35,977 bases of DNA. It comes from a virus. Shown here piece by piece: positions 18,323-26,248 of the stretch. The DNA lies in the IMG/VR virus record IMGVR_UViG_3300045988_082157; one strand, 5' to 3'. The stretch's first letter is position 1, and the number at the start of each line of letters is the position of its first letter. The notes under the pieces were generated by a model. The model did no database searches, was not told the DNA's origin, and saw only the letters and a program-made list of their open reading frames with translations. Both the position numbers and the translations under genes were made by a program.

Positions 18323-18529
18323 TCACTTGGCGCTGGCTCTAGCACTCAGGCGTTGGCTCTGGCTCATATTCACGATCGACTCTCGCTTGCACATCTTGCA
18401 GTACAGCGGGAAGTCCGTCAGCCTCGTACTCGGCCGCACGCGCTGCTGCGTCGGCCGTCCGCACAGCGGGCAAACCAATCTGCCATCTGCTGACACTAAC
18501 AGTATATCATGTGCATTTTTGTTTTGCAA
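18323..18529 (-). CDS. Cysteine-rich KTR-type small protein
   Basis: CPLCGRPT...FPLYCKMCKRE motif. The preferred TTG start at 18529 is preceded by AAAGGTGGA. The ORF track start at 18571 has no RBS. Confidence 0.55.
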   Translation of the reverse strand: MQNKNAHDILLVSADGRLVCPLCGRPTQQRVRPSTRLTDFPLYCKMCKRESIVNMSQSQRLSARASAK

Positions 18530-18592
18530 GACTTTTGTTCCACCTTTCCGATAAGTTATAGATTGTTTCAAGCTAAAATGAATATGTGATGT

Positions 18593-19336
18593 TTAATTTT
18601 CCGGGATTTCAAAATCATACAGCACGTATGAACCAAAAGTGTTATCGATTCGCTCCGGGAACTTTTCGCCCTCGAATGGGACTGCTCCGATCGGCGGCAA
18701 GTAGTGCGCGCCAGGCGGCAGCTCGACGTCCAGCCGCTCTGGTTTGATCAGCCCCTTGCTCGGCGTCCACATCCGCTGGCCGACGCGGAGTTTGCCGGTT
18801 TTGCGTGGCTCCTTAGTAAGATACCTCGCGAGTTTCCGGTATCCACCGAAATCCTCAATGGTCCGGATGTCGACAGCGCCTTTCTGCCAAAAATGCCGCA
18901 CAAGCATTTCATCCCCATCCGCGCGGTGGATGACAAAATGATGATGTATGCGGTGATCTCCGTGCATACCCTCCATTACATATATGTATCCAAAAGGCAT
19001 TGCTCGGATGCGCCTTGCCTCGCGGACTTTACGAAAGTAGGCCGGTGCATTTTTTCGCGCCGCCTCATAGTTCGGTGGAAGGTGCTCACCATCATAGGTG
19101 AGCGTCACAAACCAGTCTTGCGGGCTGAAGTTTGCGTAAAGCAAGAACTCAAGCCGCATGCACGCTGTTTTGATATTAACGGCCTCCTGTACCAGGCTGG
19201 TTTCAAATTGCCGCGCTGCACGGCCGCCGGATTGCGGCGGCCGCGAGGCAAGCTCTATCGCACGGACACGGTTGCCCGCGCGCAGCTCAATCACTCGGCT
19301 GATCGTGGTTCGCCTCCAATCTGATGGAAGATGCAA
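18593..19336 (-). CDS. HUH-superfamily rolling-circle replication initiator-like protein
   Basis: Three ordered motifs: WFVTLTYD (motif I), HRIHHHFVIHR (HUH) and YRKLARYLTKE (catalytic Tyr). Confidence 0.65.
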   Translation of the reverse strand: MHLPSDWRRTTISRVIELRAGNRVRAIELASRPPQSGGRAARQFETSLVQEAVNIKTACMRLEFLLYANFSPQDWFVTLTYDGEHLPPNYEAARKNAPAYFRKVREARRIRAMPFGYIYVMEGMHGDHRIHHHFVIHRADGDEMLVRHFWQKGAVDIRTIEDFGGYRKLARYLTKEPRKTGKLRVGQRMWTPSKGLIKPERLDVELPPGAHYLPPIGAVPFEGEKFPERIDNTFGSYVLYDFEIPEN

Positions 19337-19544
19337 ATTCCTGCACGCATTGGATCATGCGCCGCTCCGCGAAGGACGCGGCAAAGTATACCTCGGTGAC
19401 CTTCGCTAGGCAGCAGACCAAGAGACCGTGCACGGCCACCTCCTTGTTCGGCACCCACCTTTGTTTCTTGTCGAGGGCGCGTGTTGCAGTGTTGCGGTCG
19501 TAGCCGTAGCTCATCAGCAGCTTAACTGCGCGTTTTCTCGTCAT
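19287..19544 (-). CDS. Hypothetical protein (85 aa)
   Basis: ORF in the operon with an ATGA overlap to the upstream gene. Its 3' end overlaps the Rep-like ORF by 50 nt. Confidence 0.45.
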   Translation of the reverse strand: MTRKRAVKLLMSYGYDRNTATRALDKKQRWVPNKEVAVHGLLVCCLAKVTEVYFAASFAERRMIQCVQEFASSIRLEANHDQPSD

Positions 19545-19864
19545 GGCTCGATTCCTCTCTCCATCTTTACGCCGCAGTGCGGACAGTATGGCATACCTCG
19601 CATATCGAGTTTTGCGATGGTTCCCTTATCTGTCTTAAAACTGAAATCCGTGCAGCAATTTGAACACTCTGTGTACGGATTACCAGTTGCGGTATGGCGT
19701 AAAATCCACTGCCCACTCGCCCTCGGCGCAACGTCGGCGGCGGGAAGCGTTACGATGTCACAACGAATACGATCAAGCATCGAATTTTGCGCAGGGCTGG
19801 TGTTTGCACACCTCTGTTTTTGTATTGCACGTAAAGCGTCCAGTTTCAGAATATAAGCAGTCAT
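19541..19864 (-). CDS. Hypothetical zinc-ribbon protein (107 aa)
   Basis: CSNCC...CPHCG cysteine pairs. Coupled to its neighbours. Confidence 0.55.
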   Translation of the reverse strand: MTAYILKLDALRAIQKQRCANTSPAQNSMLDRIRCDIVTLPAADVAPRASGQWILRHTATGNPYTECSNCCTDFSFKTDKGTIAKLDMRGMPYCPHCGVKMERGIEP

Positions 19865-20034
19865 CCTTTAGCCTCCTTTTCACGTTCCATCCGTTTCTGT
19901 TCCATACGTGCCGGCCGATCGTCGCTTGCGACAGTCCATTTCCGACGTTCTGCCGATTTCGGGCGGCGCAGGAAATCAGCTCTGGCGTTCGAGGTATAGG
20001 CGGCTGGCATACCCAGCTTTTTCGGCTTAGCCAT
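19861..20034 (-). CDS. Hypothetical basic small protein (57 aa, not in the ORF track)
   Basis: ATG at 20034 preceded by GGAGGAAGCAAAAG. It translates as MAKPKKLGMPAAYTSNARADFLRRPKSAERRKW... and its stop overlaps the next start (ATGA). Confidence 0.5.
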   Translation of the reverse strand: MAKPKKLGMPAAYTSNARADFLRRPKSAERRKWTVASDDRPARMEQKRMEREKEAKG

Positions 20035-20239
20035 CTTTTGCTTCCTCCAATTCGATAACTAATGTGTTGAAAAACCAGCGCGCTTCTTTGATCTCCCGGT
20101 CTGCAAGTTCAAGCGGCAAGGAACGAAGCGTCTCGCCTATCGAGCATTCCTCATAGATGCGTTTCTCATCTTTTACGCAGAGATTTACAGGCGAAAGCGG
20201 ATTCTTCAATTCGTTGAACTTGAACTCACGAAGTTTCAT
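20027..20239 (-). CDS. Hypothetical protein (70 aa)
   Basis: ORF in the operon, in a lower-GC segment. Confidence 0.5.
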   Translation of the reverse strand: MKLREFKFNELKNPLSPVNLCVKDEKRIYEECSIGETLRSLPLELADREIKEARWFFNTLVIELEEAKDG

Positions 20240-20486
20240 CTTCCCTTATCTCCATCTTCTCGAAATCGTCCTGCACCTCCACGCCAGCCTCGTCCAGCAG
20301 GTCAGAAAGATCGGTGTCCACGCTGCTACCAATAAACTCGCCATTTTCGTCGTAGTGGTTGTACTCCGTGGTCGGCCGGGATTCTATCCCTGAAAACTCT
20401 TTTAAAAGTCTCAGATATTCGTCGTTATCGATGAGCTGAGCCTGATAGAGTTGTCTCAACTGCGCTTTGGTTATGCGCTTAGCCAT
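20226..20486 (-). CDS. Hypothetical acidic protein (86 aa)
   Basis: The preferred start is the ATG at 20486 (MAKRITKAQLRQ...), which overlaps the upstream stop. The longer listed ORF overlaps the previous gene out of frame. Confidence 0.5.
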   Translation of the reverse strand: MAKRITKAQLRQLYQAQLIDNDEYLRLLKEFSGIESRPTTEYNHYDENGEFIGSSVDTDLSDLLDEAGVEVQDDFEKMEIREDETS

Positions 20487-20931
20487 CCTTCTTGCCCTCC
20501 ATTGATTCCTGAACTTCGCTAAGATCGGACAAGGCAACCGTCCTTCCGCTCGGTGTCGGCTGATTTTCTGCAAACGCGGTAAGATGGATATTCCAGTGGT
20601 CTGGCTTGAAAGCGATGCCGTTTCGCATGAGAACAATGTCTGCATCGCCCCGGCATGGAAGCAGCACCACGCGCCCGTCCTTGTCAGCCTTAGCAAGTTC
20701 TTTCATGCGGTCGTGGCTGCTGTAGTGTTTAATCGCAGACTCCAAAAGGGGAAGTTCGCCGTACATCTTGAAAAAAAGCTCTGGTGCTCGCACGGTGTCC
20801 TCAAACTGCTTGAGCCGCTCCCACACTTTTTTCTGGTAGCACGCGCCATCCTCGCAGAAGCTTCCGCCCGGAACATTCCTACACTGCGAGATGTCGCAGA
20901 AGTTCCCTTCAAACGTCAACCTCTCCATCAC
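20479..20931 (-). CDS. Hypothetical Cys-rich protein (150 aa)
   Basis: N-terminal FCDISQC...FCEDGAC cluster. Confidence 0.55.
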   Translation of the reverse strand: MMERLTFEGNFCDISQCRNVPGGSFCEDGACYQKKVWERLKQFEDTVRAPELFFKMYGELPLLESAIKHYSSHDRMKELAKADKDGRVVLLPCRGDADIVLMRNGIAFKPDHWNIHLTAFAENQPTPSGRTVALSDLSEVQESMEGKKDG

Positions 20932-21362
20932 TTTACCTCACTTTCAAAAGCTCTGTATGCTGCCACCTGTGGGTTTTCTGCCTTCACCAATGCTTTCATT
21001 TCGCAGGTTTTGCACTCAACGAGATACAACCGTTCCTCGCAGTAATACGCATAGAGCGGACTTTTGCAGAGCCTGCACGTCGCTCCAGTAGCCTTTCCGA
21101 TGTAGTCACGACCGTTGCCGTCGGCGTTGTAAACCTGATGGCACAGCTTGTCAAAGTTCGATGTACCTTTCATCATTTCGCCTCTGGCGGGCAGGCGCTC
21201 GATCAGGTCGGCTGCGGCGGACAATAAGCGTTCTAGGCAATCCCCGTAACCAAAGTATTTGCAAGCTGCGCAGTCAATGCAGTCCTGGTCGCTGCAATAC
21301 CGCAGCGACTGCACGATTTCCTTTTCTGTCATAAATGCCTTTACAATTTCCTCACTTGTCAC
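20928..21362 (-). CDS. Hypothetical Cys-rich protein (144 aa)
   Basis: CSDQDCIDCAACKYFGYGDC and CRLC...CKTC clusters. Confidence 0.55.
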   Translation of the reverse strand: MTSEEIVKAFMTEKEIVQSLRYCSDQDCIDCAACKYFGYGDCLERLLSAAADLIERLPARGEMMKGTSNFDKLCHQVYNADGNGRDYIGKATGATCRLCKSPLYAYYCEERLYLVECKTCEMKALVKAENPQVAAYRAFESEVK

Positions 21363-21759
21363 GACGTTCTCCTTTCTCGCTGCTCCGGACGCGCTGGCAG
21401 TCCGGGCAAAATTTTCGATTCGTGCAGCTCCACACGCCGCCGCGAGGCACGTTGTTCCGGAGCTCGCAATAAACGTTGTAGCATGGGCTTAGTTTGCGCG
21501 GAGCAGGGGAGCGCGCTGGCTTGCGATTGGGTGCCGGCTTCTCCGGCCTCTCCGGCTTCGGCCGCGTCTCGCGCCATGCGTTGCGCGCGCATCCGCAAGA
21601 CTGCGATTTCCCGCTGTTAAGCCGCCACGCCGCAACAACAGTTTCCCTGCCGCAATCGCACCGGCAGAGCCATAGCGCGTGACCATGCTGGTCACGGCCG
21701 GAAAATTCAAGCACATGCAGCTTCCCAAACTGCCTGTTTGTGAGATCAGTCCTGCGCAT
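21352..21759 (-). CDS. Hypothetical zinc-ribbon protein (135 aa)
   Basis: The preferred start is the ATG at 21759 (MRRTDLTNRQFGKLHVLEF...WLCRCDCG...SCGC), with GGAGG 9 nt upstream. Confidence 0.55.
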   Translation of the reverse strand: MRRTDLTNRQFGKLHVLEFSGRDQHGHALWLCRCDCGRETVVAAWRLNSGKSQSCGCARNAWRETRPKPERPEKPAPNRKPARSPAPRKLSPCYNVYCELRNNVPRGGVWSCTNRKFCPDCQRVRSSEKGERRDK

Positions 21760-23224
21760 TGTGTTTCGCCTCCGGCAACGGCAACCAGCGCAGGATTTCC
21801 CCATCATCCGGCTCCTTAAACCAACCGAGATACCCACCATGCACATCGTCGGTCTCATATATTATGGAGCCATATTCGGAGATAAGGAGTAGGACCGGGC
21901 CGTCTGGGAAATCGCGGTCTGTACGCCACCCGAGTTGTTCTGGGCCTGACGGCGTTGGCTTAAGATCATCCGTCAGCCCCAGCAGATAGTCCGCCGAGCA
22001 CCGGAGCGCCTTGCACAGCTCCGGCACATGCTTTGCATCTGGGTCGAGGACGTCCGTGTTATAAAAAAACTCGTCGCCGAAGTCCCCGTTTGCGTATGCG
22101 CGGATTTTCCAGACGGACTTGTCCACAGAATAATTCGCAAAGGCGAGTTTTACATCGTCCGCGAGGCCGGCCGCGTCGATGGCCTTCACGAGCCGCGCGG
22201 CCTTGCACTGGATGGTCGCCCGGTAGACGCGCTGCTTATTCTCCTTCGAGTCCTCCTCTTTTCGCTTCTCATCGGCGTTTTTGTCGGTGCGGTACTGCTT
22301 TGCCTTGGAGCACATCTGATCGCAGACGTCATAGCAGCCACGCGCTTTCGCGCCATACTCGCAGTCCATGCAGCATTTCTCGCCCAGACACTGCCCGCAC
22401 CACGAGTGGCAAAGCGCATCGTGCCGGAGCGTTGCGTCATCGCGGGAGCTCGGGCAGAGTTTGCGGTCGGGGCAGTGCAGACACGCACTCGGCCGCCATT
22501 TTGCACCGCCTTTGGCCAGCCCCCGCACCTGCTCAATTCCGGCAGATGTGGGAAATTCTTTCGTCCGGGCGAATGCGTCGCGCAGGCGCATCTGCAAGGC
22601 CACCTCGCACCGCGCAAGCTCCAAGGCCGTCGCGTCCGGGAGTTTCCCAGCCGCCCACTGCGTTTTGAAATCCTGAATCAGGTTCTCCTCGATCATGTGC
22701 AGGTTCGCAAGCTTTGTCTTACTGACGTTACAGGCTTCTGCCACATGGTCGCGCATCCGGCCGGGGAACTCCACGCCCTGTTCCTTGAGATCGTAGAGAA
22801 GCCGCTCGACGCGCTGCGCCGCCCGACTGATTTCGGCGCTGGTCAAAACGCGCGCGGTGGAGTTTGCCATAATCAGTTCAAGTTCTTCCATCGCCGCGCT
22901 GCGCGGGCTTCTTACAAAAACGGGAACCTTGCGCAGATCCTCTCGCCCTTCCGCGACGAGCGCCCGGACGGCGGCAGTGCGCCGGTGGCCGGAAATAAGG
23001 CGGTACTTGCCGTCCTCGGCCTCGGTTACGGTCGGCGGGTCCATAATGCCGGAAAGCGCGATGGAGTTTTTGAGATCTTCGAGCTTGTCTTCGTCGACCG
23101 CATAAAAGTTCGCGTCGTTTGCGATCAGATCGTCGATGTCCACTTGCAGCAGCTCACGCCCGGTGTCCGACTTGGACACCGCCTGCACCTGCTGGGCAAA
23201 AATACTCGATACGTCAAACGGCAC
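21746..23224 (-). CDS. parB: ParB-like protein (ParB/Srx N-terminal domain) with a Cys-rich middle region, a second HTH and a C-terminal extension
   Basis: YRLISGHRRTAAVRAL ParB-box motif. Immediately downstream of ParA. The preferred start is the GTG at 23224, which has better RBS spacing than the TTG at 23230. Confidence 0.75.
   Translation of the reverse strand: MPFDVSSIFAQQVQAVSKSDTGRELLQVDIDDLIANDANFYAVDEDKLEDLKNSIALSGIMDPPTVTEAEDGKYRLISGHRRTAAVRALVAEGREDLRKVPVFVRSPRSAAMEELELIMANSTARVLTSAEISRAAQRVERLLYDLKEQGVEFPGRMRDHVAEACNVSKTKLANLHMIEENLIQDFKTQWAAGKLPDATALELARCEVALQMRLRDAFARTKEFPTSAGIEQVRGLAKGGAKWRPSACLHCPDRKLCPSSRDDATLRHDALCHSWCGQCLGEKCCMDCEYGAKARGCYDVCDQMCSKAKQYRTDKNADEKRKEEDSKENKQRVYRATIQCKAARLVKAIDAAGLADDVKLAFANYSVDKSVWKIRAYANGDFGDEFFYNTDVLDPDAKHVPELCKALRCSADYLLGLTDDLKPTPSGPEQLGWRTDRDFPDGPVLLLISEYGSIIYETDDVHGGYLGWFKEPDDGEILRWLPLPEAKHNAQD
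23161..23181. repeat. Copy 2 of the 21-bp hairpin motif CGGTGTCCGACTTGGACACCG, inside the 5' end of parB (candidate parS)
   Basis: Exact 21-mer, identical to 3848-3868. It encodes AVSKSDTG of the ParB-like protein. Confidence 0.9.
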
Positions 23225-24020
23225 TTGCAAGCCCTCCCTCCAAAAGCTCGCCCATCGTCACGGGCGGCTGAATGTACTCCTGCACAAATGCCCGATAGTC
23301 GTAGCCTGCCGCCGAACGTGGCGAGTAGACCGTGATGGGCTTGCGCTCAAAGGTCATCTCGTCAATTTTGTCGGTGCGGCGGATGGTCTGCTCGAAGACG
23401 GGAAGAATGCCGCACTGTCGGAGGCTCGCCTCCGCCTCAATCACGACCGGCGTGTTGCGCCACATGGTGATCAAAGCGCCCGCGATCTTGAGTGCCGGGT
23501 TAATTTTGTGCATATTGTCGATCTGCCGCGAGACGTTTGCAAGCCCACGCAGGCTGAACGCGTCTAGCTTGATCGGGATGATGACCTCGTCGGAGGCCAG
23601 AAGCGCCGCAGCGCTTGCCGCGTTGAACGCCGGCGGGCAGTCAAAGATCACGTAATCATACGCATCATCTTCGCGAATGGCGTCGCAGAAATCCTTGAGA
23701 CAGGCGCCCTTGACGCGGTTTCCGATGGCAGACAGATCTAAGTCCATCAGCTGATCGGACGCGGGCAGCAGGTCGACCTTGTAGTCGGTCGCCCAGATAT
23801 TCTCCGCGTAATACGGCTCGGCTTCTCCCAGCATCACCTCGGCGACGCCACAGAGGTTCTGCCCGGCAAGGCCGTAAAACTCGGTGGCGTTGCACTGGCT
23901 GTCGCAGTCAGCAAGCAGCACGCGCTTTTTGTGGTCGGCGGCCAGAATATAGGCCATGTTCACGCTCGTGACGGTCTTTCCGACACCGCCTTTGAGATTT
24001 AATATCGAGATTGCTTTCAT
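23214..24020 (-). CDS. parA: ParA/Soj-family partition ATPase
   Basis: Deviant Walker A motif MKAISILNLKGGVGKTVTS. 268 aa. Confidence 0.9.
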   Translation of the reverse strand: MKAISILNLKGGVGKTVTSVNMAYILAADHKKRVLLADCDSQCNATEFYGLAGQNLCGVAEVMLGEAEPYYAENIWATDYKVDLLPASDQLMDLDLSAIGNRVKGACLKDFCDAIREDDAYDYVIFDCPPAFNAASAAALLASDEVIIPIKLDAFSLRGLANVSRQIDNMHKINPALKIAGALITMWRNTPVVIEAEASLRQCGILPVFEQTIRRTDKIDEMTFERKPITVYSPRSAAGYDYRAFVQEYIQPPVTMGELLEGGLASAV

Positions 24021-24038
24021 GGTTCTGTCCTTTCTTGT

Positions 24039-25370
24039 TTAAAATGGCACCGGGCAATCACCGGGCAGCTCGGTAAAGTCGAGCTGTGACACCTCCTCTG
24101 CCGGCGTCTTCGGGGGCGTCCAGTCGCGGCGCGACTCCATGAAGGTCTGCGTCTCGCCGTTGAATCGCAGATAAAACGAATTCCCAGCGATTCCGGTTTT
24201 GTTTTTCGCAACTGTAACAACGCGATCACAGTCCACGATTTTCTGGTTTTCGCGGAAGAGCAGCAAAATGAAGTCCGCGTCCTGCTCGATCTGACCGGAA
24301 CTGCGCAGGCTTGACATCGTGGGTGGTGGGATTTTGCCGGTCTTTTTGTTCGGCTCCGGGCGGCCCAGCTGCGACAACGCAATGATTGTCGGGCCGCCCT
24401 GGCGGCCGAACTGTTTCAGCGCACGCGAGACTGCGGTAACACGAGCATACTCCTGGTTTCCCCACGGCGTTTTGTCCGAGGACTCAATGAGCTGCAAGTA
24501 GTCGATGTAGATCACATCGTAGTGCTTGGCCATTGAGTACAGCCGGATATCGCCAACCGTCATACCGGCTGCCTCGATGATATCCAAATTTCTACCGCCG
24601 AAATCGCCGCTGATCGCGGCCAGCGTGTCCCAGTCATGGTCGTTCATGGCATTCAGCTGAATTTTCGGCAGGCCGATCTGCGCCGCCGCGGAGATCATTG
24701 CGTCTGCCAGCTTTTCGCAGTCTGTCTCAAAGCTGAAAAAGCCGACTTTCTTCGTCTTTGCCTGCTCGCGGGCGGTTGCTAACGCGAGTGTCGTTTTGCC
24801 GTCCGAGGGGTATCCGCCGATGATGCCAAAGTCACCGCGCATCGTGCGCAGATGGTCGTTGAGCTTTTCAAAGCGCCAGGGCAGATATGTCGGCTTTACG
24901 GATGGATCGTGGCGCTTGTAAAAGTCCGCGAGCGCGGCCTGCATCGTCATTGCCCGAACGCCCGGCCGATCCACCATAACAGCGTTGATGCGATCGAGCA
25001 TGGCCCGAATGTCGTCCTCCGTTTCCGCGGAGAGGATTTCTGCGGCCGCCTCCTGCATCAGCCGAAGGCGCGCTTGCCGTTTGAGATCGGCTATGTATGC
25101 CTTGACATGCGCCGCCGTCGGCGTCAGATCCATGATCTCGCGGAGCAGCTCCGTATAATCCTTGCCGATCACGCCGACGACCGTGACCGGATCGACCGGC
25201 CGCCCGCGTTGGAACAGACCACGCATAGCCTCGAAAATCGTGCGGTACGGGCCGTCGAAATACTCCGGTTTCAAAGCCTGGAGCGCAATGCCGACGGTGC
25301 GGTCGTCGATCAGCATAGACCCGATGACGCCAAGCTGCGCATTCAGCAGCGCTTGCCTGTTCTCCATCAC
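24039..25370 (-). CDS. dnaB: Replicative DNA helicase (DnaB family)
   Basis: DnaB-type N-terminal domain (LLNAQLGVIGSMLID) and a Walker A motif GGYPSDGKTTLAL. 443 aa. Confidence 0.9.
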   Translation of the reverse strand: MMENRQALLNAQLGVIGSMLIDDRTVGIALQALKPEYFDGPYRTIFEAMRGLFQRGRPVDPVTVVGVIGKDYTELLREIMDLTPTAAHVKAYIADLKRQARLRLMQEAAAEILSAETEDDIRAMLDRINAVMVDRPGVRAMTMQAALADFYKRHDPSVKPTYLPWRFEKLNDHLRTMRGDFGIIGGYPSDGKTTLALATAREQAKTKKVGFFSFETDCEKLADAMISAAAQIGLPKIQLNAMNDHDWDTLAAISGDFGGRNLDIIEAAGMTVGDIRLYSMAKHYDVIYIDYLQLIESSDKTPWGNQEYARVTAVSRALKQFGRQGGPTIIALSQLGRPEPNKKTGKIPPPTMSSLRSSGQIEQDADFILLLFRENQKIVDCDRVVTVAKNKTGIAGNSFYLRFNGETQTFMESRRDWTPPKTPAEEVSQLDFTELPGDCPVPF

Positions 25371-26119
25371 ACAAACCTCAAGCCGCTGGTATCAATCGTC
25401 CCCGTTGGCTCAGCTGCCTGCGACGGAGCCGCATCAACGCTTTTCCGGACTTCGTCCGTCCAGCGCTGCTCGTTCAGATACGTCGATGCGTGCGGGATTC
25501 CGATTCCGGCCATCCATTCCGGTGAAGCCTTCTGTGCGGTCAGGGCCCGTCCGATCTCGACGATCAGTGCATCATCCGGCCGCAGCCGATCCCATGCGCG
25601 GATTGCAGCCTGTCTGCCCTCGCCGCGAGGGTAGAACTTCCAAAATCCCTCGAAGCGTTCCGGCTTCCATTCCGCTGCTGATTTTGCGCGTCGCCCCCCA
25701 TGGGGGCTTTTAGGGGGTAATATATTATTATTTAATACATTACCCATCGATTTTTTTGCCGATAAGGGGTCGGTTTTTTTGCCGGTAAGCTTATCGGCAT
25801 TTTTGCCGGTAAGGGGTGGCGCTTGCAGCACCTGATAGATGCTCCGTGTAGGGTGCCCGTCCTTCGGATCAGGGGCATACCGGACTTCAATGTGGCCGGC
25901 CTTTTCAAGCGCCTTGATAAGGCGGCTGACCGAATCCTCGGACAGTTTGTTTGGCCCGGCAAGCTGCGCATTGGTCGCGGTGCAGCACCCGCCCTCGCCG
26001 GTGTATCCGGTGAGCGTGGAGATCTGCCCGTACAGCAGTTTTGCATTTGCCGGGATGGTGTCATCGTAGAGCACCGTCGCCGGGATGACCGCCCAGAATG
26101 CCCGAAATTCTTCGCTCAA
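25367..26119 (-). CDS. Replication initiator/replisome organiser (N-terminal winged-helix, DnaD/lambda-O-like organisation)
   Basis: TTG start at 26119 with a GGGAGGTG RBS. It overlaps the helicase start. A low-complexity linker is encoded by the iteron region. Confidence 0.7.
   Translation of the reverse strand: MSEEFRAFWAVIPATVLYDDTIPANAKLLYGQISTLTGYTGEGGCCTATNAQLAGPNKLSEDSVSRLIKALEKAGHIEVRYAPDPKDGHPTRSIYQVLQAPPLTGKNADKLTGKKTDPLSAKKSMGNVLNNNILPPKSPHGGRRAKSAAEWKPERFEGFWKFYPRGEGRQAAIRAWDRLRPDDALIVEIGRALTAQKASPEWMAGIGIPHASTYLNEQRWTDEVRKSVDAAPSQAAEPTGTIDTSGLRFV
25719..25816. repeat. Candidate origin of replication: AT-rich tract plus 3 direct and 1 inverted iterons (TTTTTGCCGRTAAGG)
   Basis: Direct copies at 25753-25767, 25776-25790 and 25800-25814 (periods 23 and 24 bp). 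An inverted core cttatcggca lies at 25790-25799. The AT-rich run aatatattattatttaatacat lies at 25719-25740. Confidence 0.5.
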
Positions 26120-26162
26120 TGTTTTTCACCTCCCGCCCTTGCATTTTGCGAAAACTGATGGT

Positions 26163-26200
26163 ATACTAAATATGCTTTCATGATTCTGTCATGCAGAATC
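26163..26200 (-). promoter_or_regulatory. Possible promoter/operator upstream of the replication module
   Basis: The minus strand reads ATGACA-18 nt-TAGTAT. A perfect inverted repeat GATTCTG-tcatg-CAGAATC (26182-26200) overlaps the -35. Confidence 0.3.
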
Positions 26201-26248
26201 GCCCGAATCGTCCGGTTGTTCGCAGCAGCCGGGCGGTTCTTTTTATGC

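Noticed and set aside
22028-23335. 435-aa plus-strand ORF opposite parB/parA (and 15720-16364, 24852-25634, 8056-8715 and similar)
   Set aside because: These are antisense shadows in a high-GC genome. The minus-strand genes have clear family motifs and coupled starts.
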